In this document: one piece after another, positions 12,942-26,690 of the stretch
How the letters are laid out: each line of letters opens with the position of its first letter
How positions within the stretch are numbered: the first letter of the stretch is position 1
The notes under the pieces: model-generated
Seen by the model: only the letters and a program-made list of their open reading frames with translations
Database searches by the model: none
Told to the model about the DNA's origin: nothing
Assembly: GCA_951406725.2 (NCBI GenBank)
Contig: OX597817.1
Coordinates: 61,938,001-62,002,000 of the forward strand
DNA from: Octopus vulgaris
Lineage: Eukaryota
Direction of reading: 5' to 3'
DNA: 64,000 bases
Translations under genes and position numbers: made by a program

Positions 12942-13940
12942 GTGTTTTCTATGATTGTACACCTATTAGCAAATTCCATAGCTGAATCCAAAATTGAAAA
13001 AAAAAGAACAAAGCATAAAAGATGGAATTCAAAGAAACATGAAACAACATGAATATATTTACACCTAAAAAACAGAAAATATAGAGTAATACCGCTTATT
13101 GTTGCTGTCGTTATTGCAGTTGTTGCTATGGACTTTTAGCTGAAGATGATTTCCATTGAAGTAATTTATTCTACGTTTTCTACATATCTATAAAGAGTAT
13201 GTAGGTGTTTATGAATATACTTTGATATATCTACTGGCATAATGAAATGTTGCTATAGGCTTTCAAGATCTCATAGGTGAAACGAGAAATCCGCTCATTT
13301 AGAGATTTTTACATTGAAAATAATATTGATTATTCTATTAACATTGCTTCAGACTTGTTGTTGGATGGGATTTGATTTCAAATTTCTCTGAGAGTTTATT
13401 TATTTTGCTTCTATAATTTCTCTCTTTTTGGTTTGTTGTTTTTATTTTTTCGTTCAATTCCTGCTGAAAGGTTAATTTCAATCTAGTTTCCTTTGCAGCA
13501 AGTTCAGTAAGAAATGTATGTAGAAAATATTACAGGTTGTTCTGTATGAATGCAACTGTTGTTGGTTTGTTGCTATATGTCACAAAAGGCAATAAACTCC
13601 ATCACCATCTGCCGCTCAGGTAACAGGATTCGCTTCTTTCCTATATGCAATTTTTTAGTTTAGGTTTATTTTCTGCTGGTATTGATTACATTTTGTTTTC
13701 TTTGATATTTAACTAATTTTATGATAGTTTACTATTGCAATGTTTTAATTATATGCAGTGTTTAACTTCCAATGAAATATATACTACTATTTCATTATAC
13801 GCCAACACACACATAATTGTTGTGTATACAAATAGGAGAAAACGTACTCAGTTCATATAGTGGAGTGTAAACATTCAAAACTCAGGAGTCACTTCACCGC
13901 TGCTCTCAGTTTCAGATTTATACATACATACATACATACA

Positions 13941-13970
<30 letters not shown>

Positions 13971-13973
<3 letters not shown>

Positions 13974-14202
13974 TTTTTTACTACCCACAAGGAGCTAAAC
14001 ACAGAGGCGACAAACATGAACAGACAAACGGATTAAGTCGATTACATCGACCCCAGTGCGTAACTGGTACTTAATTTATCGACCCCGAAAGGGTGAAAGG
14101 CAAAGTCGACCTCGGCGGAATTTGAACCCAGGACGTAACGGCGGACGAAATACGTCTACGCATTTCGCCCGGCGTGCTAACGTTTCTGTCAGCTCGCCGC
14201 CT
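13971..14202 (-). mobile_element. SINE subfamily B' (family B body with a Tx1-LINE-like tail)
   Basis: Body as family B; 13971-14030 resembles 31858-31920 and the LINE 3' end at 5486-5535. Confidence 0.8.
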
Positions 14203-14763
14203 AAATTCATACATAAATACATTCATACATACATATATCCAGACATCCAGAAAGACATATAGATAGATAGATAATTAGATAGATAGACAGATAGATAGAT
14301 GACTGTGTATATGAGGGGTGCTTAAATCATGAAAGTATACATAGGAAAATGGTGTTCTGCATCTACAAATAGACGTGATAATGTGTGCGTGTGTTTATGA
14401 CAAAATACTGGATCGCTTACTACAATGCTGGTGTCAGAAACAGTATATATTTAATAAATGTATATAAATATTTTAATATATACATGTATGTATGTGAACA
14501 CATATCAGTCTCTACCTGAATATCATTCTATGTATGTATGTATGTATGTATGTATGTATGTATGTATGTATGTATGTATGTATGTATGTATGTATGTATG
14601 TATGTATGTATGTATGTATGTATGTATGCATGCATGTATGCATGTATGTATGCATGTATGTATGTATGTATGTATGTATGTATGTATGTATGTATGCATG
14701 CTTGTATGCATGTATGTATGCATGCATGCATGTATGCATGTATGTATGTATGTATGTATGTAT

Positions 14764-15808
14764 CTTTCCAACAAAGATACGAAACTCCATCTTTGGGATG
14801 AAGTTAACACAGACAAATTCACATTTGGAACTTGAGAAAAGTCTTGCATATTTATACCGTTCCACTCACAGATTGCTCTTGTAATGTATGAATCATCCAG
14901 TCAAATTCTCTTTCTGAAAATCTCAGTTTAGCTAGATTCTCCTTTAAGCATTTACTAACAAAACCTAGTGCTCCAATTATTATTGGTATGAATATGAATT
15001 CATAGTCTGGATATAGAATGTGGGGGTTTCGAAGCAGTTGTCCATAGATATTCTCTTTTCCTTTGATTTTCAAAGAGATATTTATATCTGCAGGGCAGCT
15101 GATCTCTATGATGGTACATACCTTTGTACCTCTGTCCCAAACAACAATATCTGGCCTGTTATGTTTGCATTTGACAGAAGTTTTGATGGGAATATTCCAC
15201 CAGTATTCCTTGAGTTAATGTTTATGAATGTATTCCATAACAGGGATTTTCTAAGTTTATTTCAGGACAGTCTTTCTTTGCGGATGGCATTGTAAATTGT
15301 TTTAGCAACAACATCGTGCCGCATAGGGAGGTAGAACCGTGACGACATTTTAGGCCAGCTGCTAATCACATGCATAATGTCTTCCACAGAGACATGACAT
15401 AGCCTATACGTGCGATTGTACCTTGGGATTACAAGAGCATCACTGTCTCTCTTGTTCACCAGGTACTTTGTGGCAATTTCTTGTTCCTGTATGGCAAACA
15501 CATAGCTTTCAAGTGTGATGTGATGAAGTGGTCTTGTGTCCAAGAGATGATGCGCTTCGTGTCAATTCTACTGTTTTCTTCAAGCTTCCGGGCAACATAC
15601 CCATGCATGGCCCTTCTTTTAAATACTGAGTGTTTTCCATCCAGGTCTTCTCTGAGGTAAGAGAGCCCAGCTGTTTTGGGGCTGTATAGGAGGTCATCAG
15701 GGAGAGAGTGTTTCTTGAGGAGTTCACTGCCAACTCGTACAAAGTTGGTCACTTCACTTTTCAGCATTGCATTAATATATTTATTTTTGCTGCTGTTGTT
15801 TAGCAGTC
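14764..15808 (-). mobile_element. R4/Dong-like (RLE) LINE 3' fragment in (TATG)n
   Basis: AIQEQEI..RLCHVSVEDIMHVISSWP..PMRHDVVAK (decayed CCHC finger), RPDI.VWD-like motif, IPIIIGALG; (TATG)n on both sides. Confidence 0.85.
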
Positions 15809-16254
15809 TGTATGTTTGTATGTATTTATGTATGTAAGTATGTATGTATGTATGTATGTATGTATGTATGTATTCATGCATGCATGCATGCATGTATGCA
15901 TACATGCATGCATGCATGCATGCATGTATGTATGCATGTATGTATGTATGTATGTATGTGCGTACGTGCGTGTGCATGTGTGTATGTGTATGTGCGTGCG
16001 AATATATGCATGTATGTATGTATATTATTTTCTACATTTAAGTGGCCATATATTTTAGATTATTTACATTATTATATTTTATTATATGATTGTTTTAAAT
16101 ATGGTTTTTCTTCATTGTTTAGCACTTCGCTAAAAGTATTTTCCGGGGAAAAATATTTTAGATTTATCTACGTTACTTCTAAATTCTTTGCCTGTCAGAT
16201 ACATATATAAATACGAAGCACAAATCTCAACATAAGACTGAGTTATATATAAGT

Positions 16255-16290
<36 letters not shown>

Positions 16291-16305
16291 TATGTATATT
16301 ACTGT

Positions 16306-16355
<50 letters not shown>

Positions 16356-16498
16356 GGGAAGAGAGAAAGAGAGAGAGACAGAGACAGACAGACAGACAGA
16401 TAGACAGACAGACAGACTGACAGACAGACAGACAGACAGATAGATAGTATAATTTTTATAGGTATTTATTATATAAATCTCTGTTATAGTAACATGTA

Positions 16499-17409
16499 CA
16501 GGATGCGTCAGTTTTTTGACGACACCTCTTTTAAGAGCCTTAACTTTCGTCTAATTTATTTTTTTGCTTTACTTTTCAGATAAATAATATGACATCTGGT
16601 TGACTAAGCAAATCAAAAGGTATGCTATAATCGCTGACTTAGAAGTTCTGCATAATTATAGGGAGATAACTCGCTTTCTAACAGTTGCTTGATCCTTTCT
16701 TGTCAAAGATCGAAGGGAGCTGGAAGCTGCTGACGGAAATGCAGCATCAGCTGCAAAAATCATGCACAGGGTCCTAATACCATCAGAACATATAACGTTA
16801 TGCACAAAGTCCAAGAAATAATCAATAAAATCCCCGGTAATTCAATCAGAGTCATTGCAATGAATCACAGAATGCATTATTAGAAGAGTTGTGCACAATG
16901 ACATTCGGTACAAGTCGTATGTGTTGAGAAGATGTTCAGTTCTTGTCGGATGTGACTAGAGAGAATCGATCGATCGATCCGTGCAAAGCCCTCGCTAAAC
17001 AAGTTAAAACTCCAAAAGTCTGGAGAGCTTTGGTTTTTTCCCCCCTATGACAAAAACTTCGCACAGGACCAAGATGTAAACAGAAAGAATTTTAAATAAT
17101 TATGCAGGATCCCGAATAAGTTTCCAACGGTCATGCATAACTGAATTCACAGCAGCTGTGATGATTCTGGGATTCGTTAGCAACGAGGGAGATGCAATGC
17201 TTCCTAATTCTGCATTTACACGACTTAAGAGTCAAATCCACTGTATACACAAAGGTGTTGGAGAAAGTTGCGAGGCCCTGGGTAGACAGAGTACGCAACG
17301 GAAGACTGTATGCCCTTCCAGCAAGACTCTGTGCATTGTCTCATAAGGCTAGAAAACCCAAATGTAGATGCGTGTCAATCTATATGATCATGTTCTCTAA
17401 CGCACCCTG
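16499..17409 (+). mobile_element. Tc1/mariner-superfamily (maT-like) element, internally deleted and decayed
   Basis: TA-CAGGATGCGT...ACGCACCCTG-TA termini; decayed DKNFAQDQDVNRKN and AAVMILGFVSNEGDAM motifs. Confidence 0.75.
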
Positions 17410-18001
17410 TACAATGTGTAAATAAATACCTTTAAGCATTACATATGTGTATGCATGTGTGTGTGTCTGTGTGTGTGAGTGTGTGTGTGTGTGCACGTGT
17501 GTGAATGTATATACGTCCTATTGTGCCTGTATTGTGTGCGAGCGTGTGTACGTGTGCCTGTATGTATTTATGTATTCATGTGGATTCAGAGAAACCTATG
17601 GTGTTCTGATGAGCTAGCTTTCTTTCTTTGCATTCATTTGTGAGCATACATATTAATGCAAGCATTACACATAATTACACTACGTCAATATACGTAGGCA
17701 CGATATTAACCCAACACAGTAATCCACTACGAACGATCAAAGCTGTCAACTGGCCGATGTCAACTGCTCGCTGTCAACTGCTGACTGTCAGCTGCTGACT
17801 GTTCACACAGTTGAAATGTGTCAGTCCACTTTTGGTCACGTGGAAGTGGTCAGGATCCTTCGATAACATATATATGTGTGTGAGTGTGTGTATACATACA
17901 TACATACATACATACATACATACATACATACATACATACATACATGTATGTGTATACGATGGGGTGCCCTCGCTAAAATAACAGTTCAGCAATGTATCTT
18001 T

Positions 18002-18429
18002 TAACATAAGGGGGATCAGCCATTTGAATGTGGCTAGGGACAGGGCAGGGTGGTGGGGGCGTTACTGATGCATTTAGCCCCAGGCGATCATCGACGTCAC
18101 CAGAAGGGCTGACACCATCACGGTGTCCTTGCCAGACTGCAAAGGGAGATCAGCCTCCCCGAAGATACGGATACTACATACGGACCAGGTTTCGAGGTAA
18201 TTGCCTCTTATCAACGCATGGTAAGCACCGTTCTTCGTTGAGGGACCTCCTCTACAGGCTGGATATATATGGATTTTCACAGTAAACACAGTCAGCCCTT
18301 CTGGTGACGTCGATGATCGCCTGGGGCTAAATGCATCAGTAACACCCCACCACCCTGCCCTGTCCCTAGCCACATTCAGATGGCTGATCCCCCTTATGTT
18401 ATAGAGCAGTTACTGTTTATATCTCGCTC
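18002..18429. mobile_element. Fold-back non-autonomous element with a hammerhead in the spacer (Penelope pLTR-like)
   Basis: ~111-bp inverted arms at 18002-18113 and 18291-18401; tail 18402-18429 shared with 43427-43454. Confidence 0.8.
18177..18220 (-). ncRNA. Type I minimal hammerhead ribozyme, U3-A8 core variant
   Basis: Minus strand CATGCG-TTGATAA-GAGG-caatta-CCTC-GAAA-cctg-GTC-CGTATG: 6-bp stem I, 4-bp stem II, near-palindromic stem III, GUC site. Confidence 0.85.
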
Positions 18430-18579
18430 AGAGATTTATTATTGTTAATGTATCTTTTCATTTCGTGTAAAGAAAAACTGCAAAACAAAGTATACTTCTT
18501 CATTTATATAGAATGTCAAAAATGGAATAACAAATGCAAAAAAGAAACGAACACGCAATACAGCGAGAAAGTATTATAC

Positions 18580-18639
<60 letters not shown>

Positions 18640-19434
18640 TAAGAGAGAGAGGGAGGAGAGACAAAGACAGACAGATAAGCAGAGACAGACAGAGCTGGTG
18701 AGATAGATAGTAAACACGAGGGCGTTTAAAAGTCACGACAGCTGCATCACTAAATCTTTATTTAACGTTGCTGACTCTAGACCAATGAAATTTTGCCTAC
18801 GATCAAAACCGAACTTCAGCAACTTAACCAACTGGAACGGTTGATGACCGTTCCCCACAGGGAAGCTAACCAAGCAGAACGACAAACTTGATCACCAGCA
18901 AAAATAACACGTCACCAGTACTTTAACGAATCAAAAATCAGATCCGATCACGGAAAAAAATTATAAATACACCGGATTTCAAAAAAACGCCGTTAGAAGC
19001 GCAAGTCCCTGCACACAACGGAAAAAGAATCACTAAAACTGTAAATAAAACCCTTTTTATACTATTTTCATTTCCCCTTTGTTTTTCTACCTCTTAACTT
19101 AGTATGACCGAACCTTTGACGATCCACATTTGTTATCGATTACTTCTAACACTATTGAATTTTGTACATTTAAACAAGATAATCCACATATTTTATATTA
19201 CTGAATGTCATGAACATTTATATCATAATTGATATTATTCAAACTTGTAAACATTGAAACTTTTAAACGTATTTTTCTAATTCATAATTTTAAACTTTTA
19301 CCATTGATAAACAAATTATATTGTTGAAACTAGTATGGTATATATGTAAATAAATTTATTTAAAAACAATTACAAGTTTTTCAAATTTAAGTGCATTTTC
19401 AACATCAAATTTTCCTATATATATATATATTATA

Positions 19435-21460
19435 GTGGGGTAGGCCGGTTACCCTGGGTTTCTCGCTTGTAAGGGGTTTAGTCTTACGACGTATCTTTAG
19501 GCCACAAAAAAGACCTCTTTAAAATATGGAGGAAGAAAAGCCTCGCTTTTGAGGGTAAAACCGGCTATGGTACAGCCATGCGGATTCCAAAAGGCCAGCA
19601 GGAATTTTCTAAAATGCAAGAATTGTCCGAAAATATCCGTGCTGGAGTTCAGGATGTCTCCTGGCACGAGTGAATCTTTAAGGATGCTCATGCGTTTGGC
19701 AATGCATAACGTGCACCGTTTCGTCCCGTTGGTGTAGGGGCCTGGGTTTTCGAATATTTTCTACGTGATCGAGTATGGAATCTCTTCGTCTCGTAATTGT
19801 CAGAAATAGCTGGCCAGCGATGTCACGTATCTCCTTTCCGGGACTCTGAAGGACAGATGGTTGGAAATAAGCTGTTCGAGAGAGTTCCAAGTGTGCCCCA
19901 CGTACTTCTGTGGGCGCGTGATGTTGTTGCGCCTGTCGCTGCTATTGCTGCTAACGTTGCCACTGATGCCACCGGTGGTTTTGTCGCTGCTGGAGTTGGG
20001 GCTGCTGCTGTTGCTGCTGGCTTTGGCGTCGCTGAGGATGGTGTTGGTGCCGGTGATATTTCCGTCCCTGCGTGTGTTGCCTGTGGTGCAGCCGTTGTTG
20101 CTGCTGATGCTGGCGCTGCTGTTGTTGCTGCTGCGGTTGTTGTTGTCGTCGCTGCTGCTAGTGATGCTGCCAGCGTTGCTGCTGTTGTTGTTGATGGAGT
20201 TGGGGCTGCTGGTGATGGTGTAGGATGTGGTGGTGGCGACGGTAGTGCAATCGCCACTGCCAGTTCTGCCGTTGTTGCTGTTATACCTAGCGATGGAACT
20301 GGATCCGTTGACTCTGCTACTTCTACTATAGTGGCTAAAAGGTCTGGCAAGCTATTTATGAGGCTAGTGGTTGTGGTGGTGATGTCGTTGCTGTTGGCGA
20401 TGCCGCTGCTGTCGTTGTTAGCGATGCTGCCATCCATGGTGGCGTTGGTGGTAATGGTGGCTGTGTTATTGGCTCTGTTGTCATGTCTACGGCCGTTATT
20501 GTTTCTGCCGGTGTTAAAGGCATGTCGTGTTAGAACCTCGGCTTGATATACGACTCCTTTAGTTTCGCAGTGGCCTCCTACCGGGCAATTGCTTCGGATC
20601 TTGCATGGATAACCCGCGTCTTCCTATGTTCTAGGGGCGCTAACTAGGATGCTCCTAATGTTGGGGACGCAGCTAAACGAGACCCTAACGTTATGCCTGT
20701 TGAATATGGGACCACACCCTTGGGAGCTAGTGAAATGCTTAACTATTACTTTAAGGAAAAGTATACCTACAGGTGTCATTGTGTTAAGGGAGTGCGTGGG
20801 TGGCGGAACCAAATCGTATTCCTGCGGCTGTCGGATTCCAGCATGTAGGAGATGGGGTCCCTAAACTGGCTGGCAGCTAGGGCCTCATTATAGTAAGAGG
20901 CTGCTGCGTCGAAAGCTTCTTGGCTAGAGGAAAGGCTCAAATCCTCTTGCTGATGCCTTTTACCATGTTCTGGAATACTATAGGTGTGTGGCAGGAGGCT
21001 GTGTTTATGTATAACAGCCTCTTGCTTGATCTGCGGTAGGACCTGTAAGTACCAGGAGCGCGTGAGTACGACAACTAAATAGTCCGCTAATGTGAGGTTT
21101 GTCTCTATGGTGATCTTCAATCCCATGGAGGCAAGCGTGCTGATTAAGTCTTTCCTAAGTTTGTCTATGTATGGCTGCTAAGTTTGTCTAAGTATGGCTT
21201 TTTGCCCCTAGAGATGGCCAGGGCGTCATCCCTATAGAGGCCAAAAAGGACGGTGTGGAACATTTTTCTAAGGGTCTCTAAGATATATAACCCGATAAGG
21301 TCGCAAATATCAGCACTGTCGTAAGGAGCCCGTGGGGTTGGATTGCTTGGCCCATGCCGAGCCTTTGTTGAACAGCACTGTCTTCTTGCCGTGCAAGATT
21401 ATCTCTATATCTCTGTCGCTAATACTAGTGAAGTCCCTAGCGAAAGAAAGCGACTTGATC
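19435..21460 (-). mobile_element. Penelope-like retroelement remnant (RT, CxCx5C-type linker, C-terminal GIY-YIG), 5'-truncated and pseudogenised
   Basis: GS.YDSADICDLIGLYIL, GLYRDDALA (~21215-21243), GLKITIETN, IFNRHNVRVSFSCVPNI, YPCKIRSNCPVGGHCETKGVVYQAEV, KYVGHT, TSLASYF*QL, PYTNGTKRCTLC, LNSSTDIF..HFRKFLL; stops and frameshifts; 3' end abuts (TA)n. Confidence 0.9.
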
Positions 21461-21509
21461 AGAGATAGATAGATAGATATAAATATAGATATACATATAT
21501 ACATACACA

Positions 21510-21598
<89 letters not shown>

Positions 21599-21784
21599 AC
21601 ACACACACACACAAACACACTCACACACATATACATATAGGGAAAGGGATATTAAATGTCTTACAAGCACTCTAGTGTAATCCAAGTAATAGCTTACCAC
21701 ATGGTATGATATGGAACAATATTATAATTAACAAGCTATGTGAATGTATAATTCTACATTCTATTTTAACGTCTTATATATGTA

Positions 21785-21838
<54 letters not shown>

Positions 21839-22208
21839 TGTGTTTGTGTGTGTGTGTGCATATTATGCAGGTTTACGTTGAAATATCTGCAGGCATTTAT
21901 ATAAGGTCCGATTCCCCAAATTACAATATAATAGCTATAAACTTAATTACTTGTAATTAGAATTAAAATTCAATGGAATTCTATTCACGTGCAAGTTTAG
22001 AAGCAATGAATAAATAAATAAATAAAACGGGGGAAAAAAAAGCAGCAACAACAATATAACGCCATTAAGACCGAAAATATTTCTGCAAAATGATCGGCAA
22101 TATTTTTGATTAACAATGACAGAATATTGGACTACATTTTTCTACAGTATAAAATGTGGAGTCTGTTGATGATGCTGTTGGTTCCTTTCTCCCCCATACC
22201 TGCCCTGC

Positions 22209-22277
<69 letters not shown>

Positions 22278-22484
22278 GCAACAATAATAATAATAGTAAT
22301 AGTAATAATAATATCGACAACAATAACAATAATAACAATAATAGTAATAATAATGATAATGATAATAATAATAATAACAATAGTAGTAGTAGTAGTAGTA
22401 ATGATAATAATAATAATGATAATAATAATAATAACAATAGTAGTAGTATTTGTATTAGTATTAGTAGTAGTAGTAGTAGTAGTA

Positions 22485-22517
<33 letters not shown>

Positions 22518-22608
22518 GGTGGAGGTGGAAGAGGAGACGACGACGACGCTGATGATAATGATGACAACGACTACGATTATGATGAAGATAAAGATAATGA
22601 TGATAAAG

Positions 22609-22692
<84 letters not shown>

Positions 22693-23481
22693 GTTATTAT
22701 CATGTTGTGTATATGAATAATAATAATTATTATTATCATCTTTATCATCTTCATAATCCTTGTTGTCGTCATCATTATCATCAGCGCCGTCCTCGTTTCC
22801 ACGTCCTCCAAGTCCTCCACATCCACCTCCTCCTCCTCCTCCTCATCATCATCATCATCATCATCATCCCACCATTAACATAATCACCATCACGCCGTCG
22901 GCTACCACGGTCCTTTCAGTGCCACCTACACCCCCACCTCCAAACACCACAGCCACCACTTCCACCATCCCCATCTATAACCATCATTGTCACCTTCACC
23001 GTCGCTAACTACACCACGACGATTATCACCACCAAAACCACTAATACCATCATCATCCTCATTACCACCTATACGAACACTACTACCTACGCCACTACAA
23101 ACTACTGTCGTCGCCGTCCTCGTTGTTATTGTCTATACATGAGAGAACTGATACAAAAAAAATACCTTAGGAGCTTCAAAGATCTGAAAATGTCAACAAG
23201 AGACTGGAAAAATGCAGGAGTAAATTTTTATCATTGTTTGTCTTCCCTGAATCAAGCAGAAGCTAGCAGCGATAACATCGTCGTCGTCGTCGTCCTCGTC
23301 ATCATGGTCATCATTATCATCGCTGTCGTCGTCGTCGTCGTCATCATCATCTTCATCCTCCTCCACCTCCTCCTCCTCCTCCTCCTCCTCCTCATCATCC
23401 TCATCACCATCATCAACATCATCATCATCGCTATCGTCGTCGTCATCATCATCTTCATCATCATCATCGCTATCGTCGTCG

Positions 23482-23515
<34 letters not shown>

Positions 23516-23603
23516 TATCATTATCGTCGTCATCATCATCATCATCATCATTATCATTATCTTCATCATCATCATTGCTATCGTCGTCGTCATCATCATC
23601 ATT

Positions 23604-23644
<41 letters not shown>

Positions 23645-23900
23645 TATCTTCATCATCATCATTGTTATCGTCGTCGTCATCATCATCATCATCATCATCA
23701 TCATCGCTATCGTCGTCGTCATTATCACCATACTCATCATCTTCATCAACGTCATCAACAACAACAACAACTATAGCAACTACAAGAACAATAAGAACAA
23801 CAGCAGCAGTAACAACAGCAGCAACACCAATTACTATAACAACTGTAGCAACAACTACAACAACAATAACAACAATAACATCGTTAATAGTAACAACAGC
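22209..23900. repeat. Patchwork trinucleotide tract: (AAT)/(AGT)/(ATT)/(CAT)/(CGT)/(CCT)/(CAA)
   Basis: Direct reading; source of the poly-N/I/L/Y/S ORFs. Confidence 0.95.
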
Positions 23901-25239
23901 AGCAAGAGTAACCTGCTCCTTTCCATAGTGAAAGTGGATGCAGCGGTTACTTTGATGTAGTGGGGTTATTTTGTTGCCGATGTAGTTTAGCCCTTGGTCA
24001 GTCCCATTTGAGAATAGCTGTGATCAAATACTTTCCTGATATGATCATATTTTGCATTTTCAGATATGCTCCGAACTATATTATATAACTAGAGTGTTTT
24101 CCTTTATATGACCTATAACTTTGGGAGTATACTTTTGCCACCATGAGTGGTATTAGGAAATATAGCAAACATAGCAATAACTGTTATTTAAATCCAATCA
24201 AATTTCTTGGCGCTTATGCAAAATGACGAAATGAATACTAAATTTCAAACGAAAAATATTCATTATCTTAAAATAAAATTAAATAAAGCAAAATTCTCAT
24301 TTATACACTTATAATAAATAAATATCGTTATTTTTCGAAATTCTATCAATGTAATCGCACAGTACTGAATTGAGTTTCATAAAAAAAAGCCCCCCAAATG
24401 TGTGTTTCAGAAAGTTATGACATTAATCCTACACCACTTATGTTAATTCTCTCTGTAACTCTCTTTTACTCGCTCTCCTTCATTATAAATGATGTAAAGC
24501 GTGACTAGAATAATCAATTAACCAACAACCAACCAACAACCAGCCAAACAACATTTATATCGGCTATTTTTCTATACAGTAATATTCTTAATATCATATG
24601 AAGATGTACTTTTATATAATTACTAACTTAAAAGCCGCACTCCGTGTTGACTTTTGACCTAGCTCCTGCGGAGGGCTAATTGGGTTTACGGCTCCAAACT
24701 AAAGAGAGCTAAATAGCATGACTATAGTACATCTATAATGACTATATGCCCCAGTGGTGTTTGATCAGAGGTTAAAGACGGATGAGAATTAATTTTGCAA
24801 TGCAATCATTCTAAGTTGAATTCCAGCTGTTGTCCAATCTGTCTCAAAGTTTTTATTTCGAAGTAAAATTAACGAAGCAAATGTCATTTATCTTCCCCTT
24901 GATCTGTGACGTCATCTGACAAACGCCAACCAAGCTTTGCCTGCTAGAAATGGCAACCTAACTGCTTTTAAATCAGATCCCAATGCTTGATGTTCAAGAA
25001 CCAAATGAAGGACAGAATTTCAATCCCGAAATCATCCTGTTTCCAAAATGGTATATGTCTATGTACAGCAAATATAGACTGAGATACAGGGACGGATAGA
25101 CAAAAAAATTGCGTCTATTAATATAGATACTGTATGGTTTGAAAGAGACTTGATTAAAATATCTAGCAGACCTAGCGACGCCGTAGAGGCTCATTCAATG
25201 GCTCGAGATGAAGTGAAGTGGTTTATTATCATTATTGTA

Positions 25240-26160
25240 ATGTGCCTACCTGTAGGTAAAGTGTTTACCTTCCATCTTTGATAAAGCGTTTATCATATAT
25301 TTACCTTTGATAAAGTGTTTACTTTTGCTATGAGTCTTATCCTTGGATTAAGTACTTTTCTCTAAATAAGGTGCTTATCTGTGATGAAATGTTATAGATC
25401 AGAATTTTACTCTTTTGATCAGGAATTTATTATTTGGTAAGATGTTTACATTTGATGAGAAGTTTGATAAAGTGCTTACCTGTTGATAAGGTGCTTAATT
25501 GTGATAAAGTGCTTACCTATTGATAAGGTGCTTACCTATGATAAAGTGCTTATATGTTGATAAAATGCTTACCTGTTGATAAGGTGCTTATCTGTGATAA
25601 AGTACTAACCTGTTGATAAGGTGCTTAGCTATGATAAAGTGCTTATATGTTGATAAAGTGCTTAACAGTTGATAAGGTGCTTACCTATGGTAAAGTCCTT
25701 ATATGTTGATAAGCTGCTTGCCTGTGATAAAGTGCTTACTTGTTGATAAGGTGCTTACCTGTGATAAAATGCTTCTCTGTAATAAAGTGCTCCATTTCAT
25801 TATAGATATACCTTTGATGAGAGATTCACTTTTGATAAGGTGCTTATCTCTTGATAAGTGGAGTGTATACTGTAAAAAAACAGTTTAGATTTGATACTAT
25901 GTTTACTCTTTGATAAAGGGCTTGCTCTATAATAAGGCATCTACACTTTGATGAAAAGCGTGTTCTTTGCTAATGTGCTTACCATTTGATAAGGTGCGTG
26001 CTCTCCGATAAGATGCATGCCCTTCAATAAGAGGTTTGCTCCTTGATAAGATACCCACCCCTTGATGAAAGGCTTGCTCTTTCATAAGGAGTTCACGCAT
26101 TGGTGAGGAACTTGCTCTTTGATAAAAGGGCTCGCTCTTCCAAAAGATACATTGATAAAG
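25240..26160 (+). repeat. Minisatellite, 18-20-bp unit (T)TGATAARGTGCTTACCTG, decaying outward
   Basis: Best-conserved core at 25465-25790 with alternating TGATAAAGTGC and TGATAAGGTGC units. Confidence 0.9.
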
Positions 26161-26690
26161 AAATGATAGTGGATAAAAAGGAGTTGGTTGCTACTAGCAA
26201 TCACAACTGCAACAGAAAAGAATTTTGAAGAATCAACATATGAATATAACAACGAATAAAAGAGGGAGACTATACGTGGTCACTCAACTTGCTAGAAATA
26301 GTGCTAAGTATCCTTCAACTGACACCTAGTCTTGTTTCTTTTTGTACACGAAAGGACACTTTGAGTAATATATATATATAGTTGAAAGTACATTCTGGGT
26401 TTGATCTTTGACCAGCAGGATCAAACCTAACATGGGGGCTAAACGACGACAACAATAATAACAACAATGAACATAGAAACAACATCAATAATTTAGTAAC
26501 TATAGCACTGATAGGAACTTAGTAAACAACAACAAACAATAGCGAGAACGGTGAAGGAAGTAGTAACAACAATAATGGTATTATCTAGGACCAGAGGTTT
26601 TTCTTCTACTTGATCATAATAGATGGAATTGAAAGAAAACACGTTATGGCAAATCAGAACTAGAAAGCTTTTAAATATGTCACTACAGAA

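Noticed and set aside
18291-18429. HDV-like, twister or pistol ribozyme reading of the CCTGGGGCTAAA motif
   Set aside because: Could not build the required pseudoknots by eye; reported only as an unknown stem
19797-20546. Stand-alone mucin-like or V/A-rich host gene
   Set aside because: Lies inside, and in frame with, the Penelope GIY-YIG domain; the plus-strand ORF is its antisense shadow
22106-23960. Homopolymer-rich protein exons
   Set aside because: Trinucleotide patchwork open in several frames, with no domain or splice evidence
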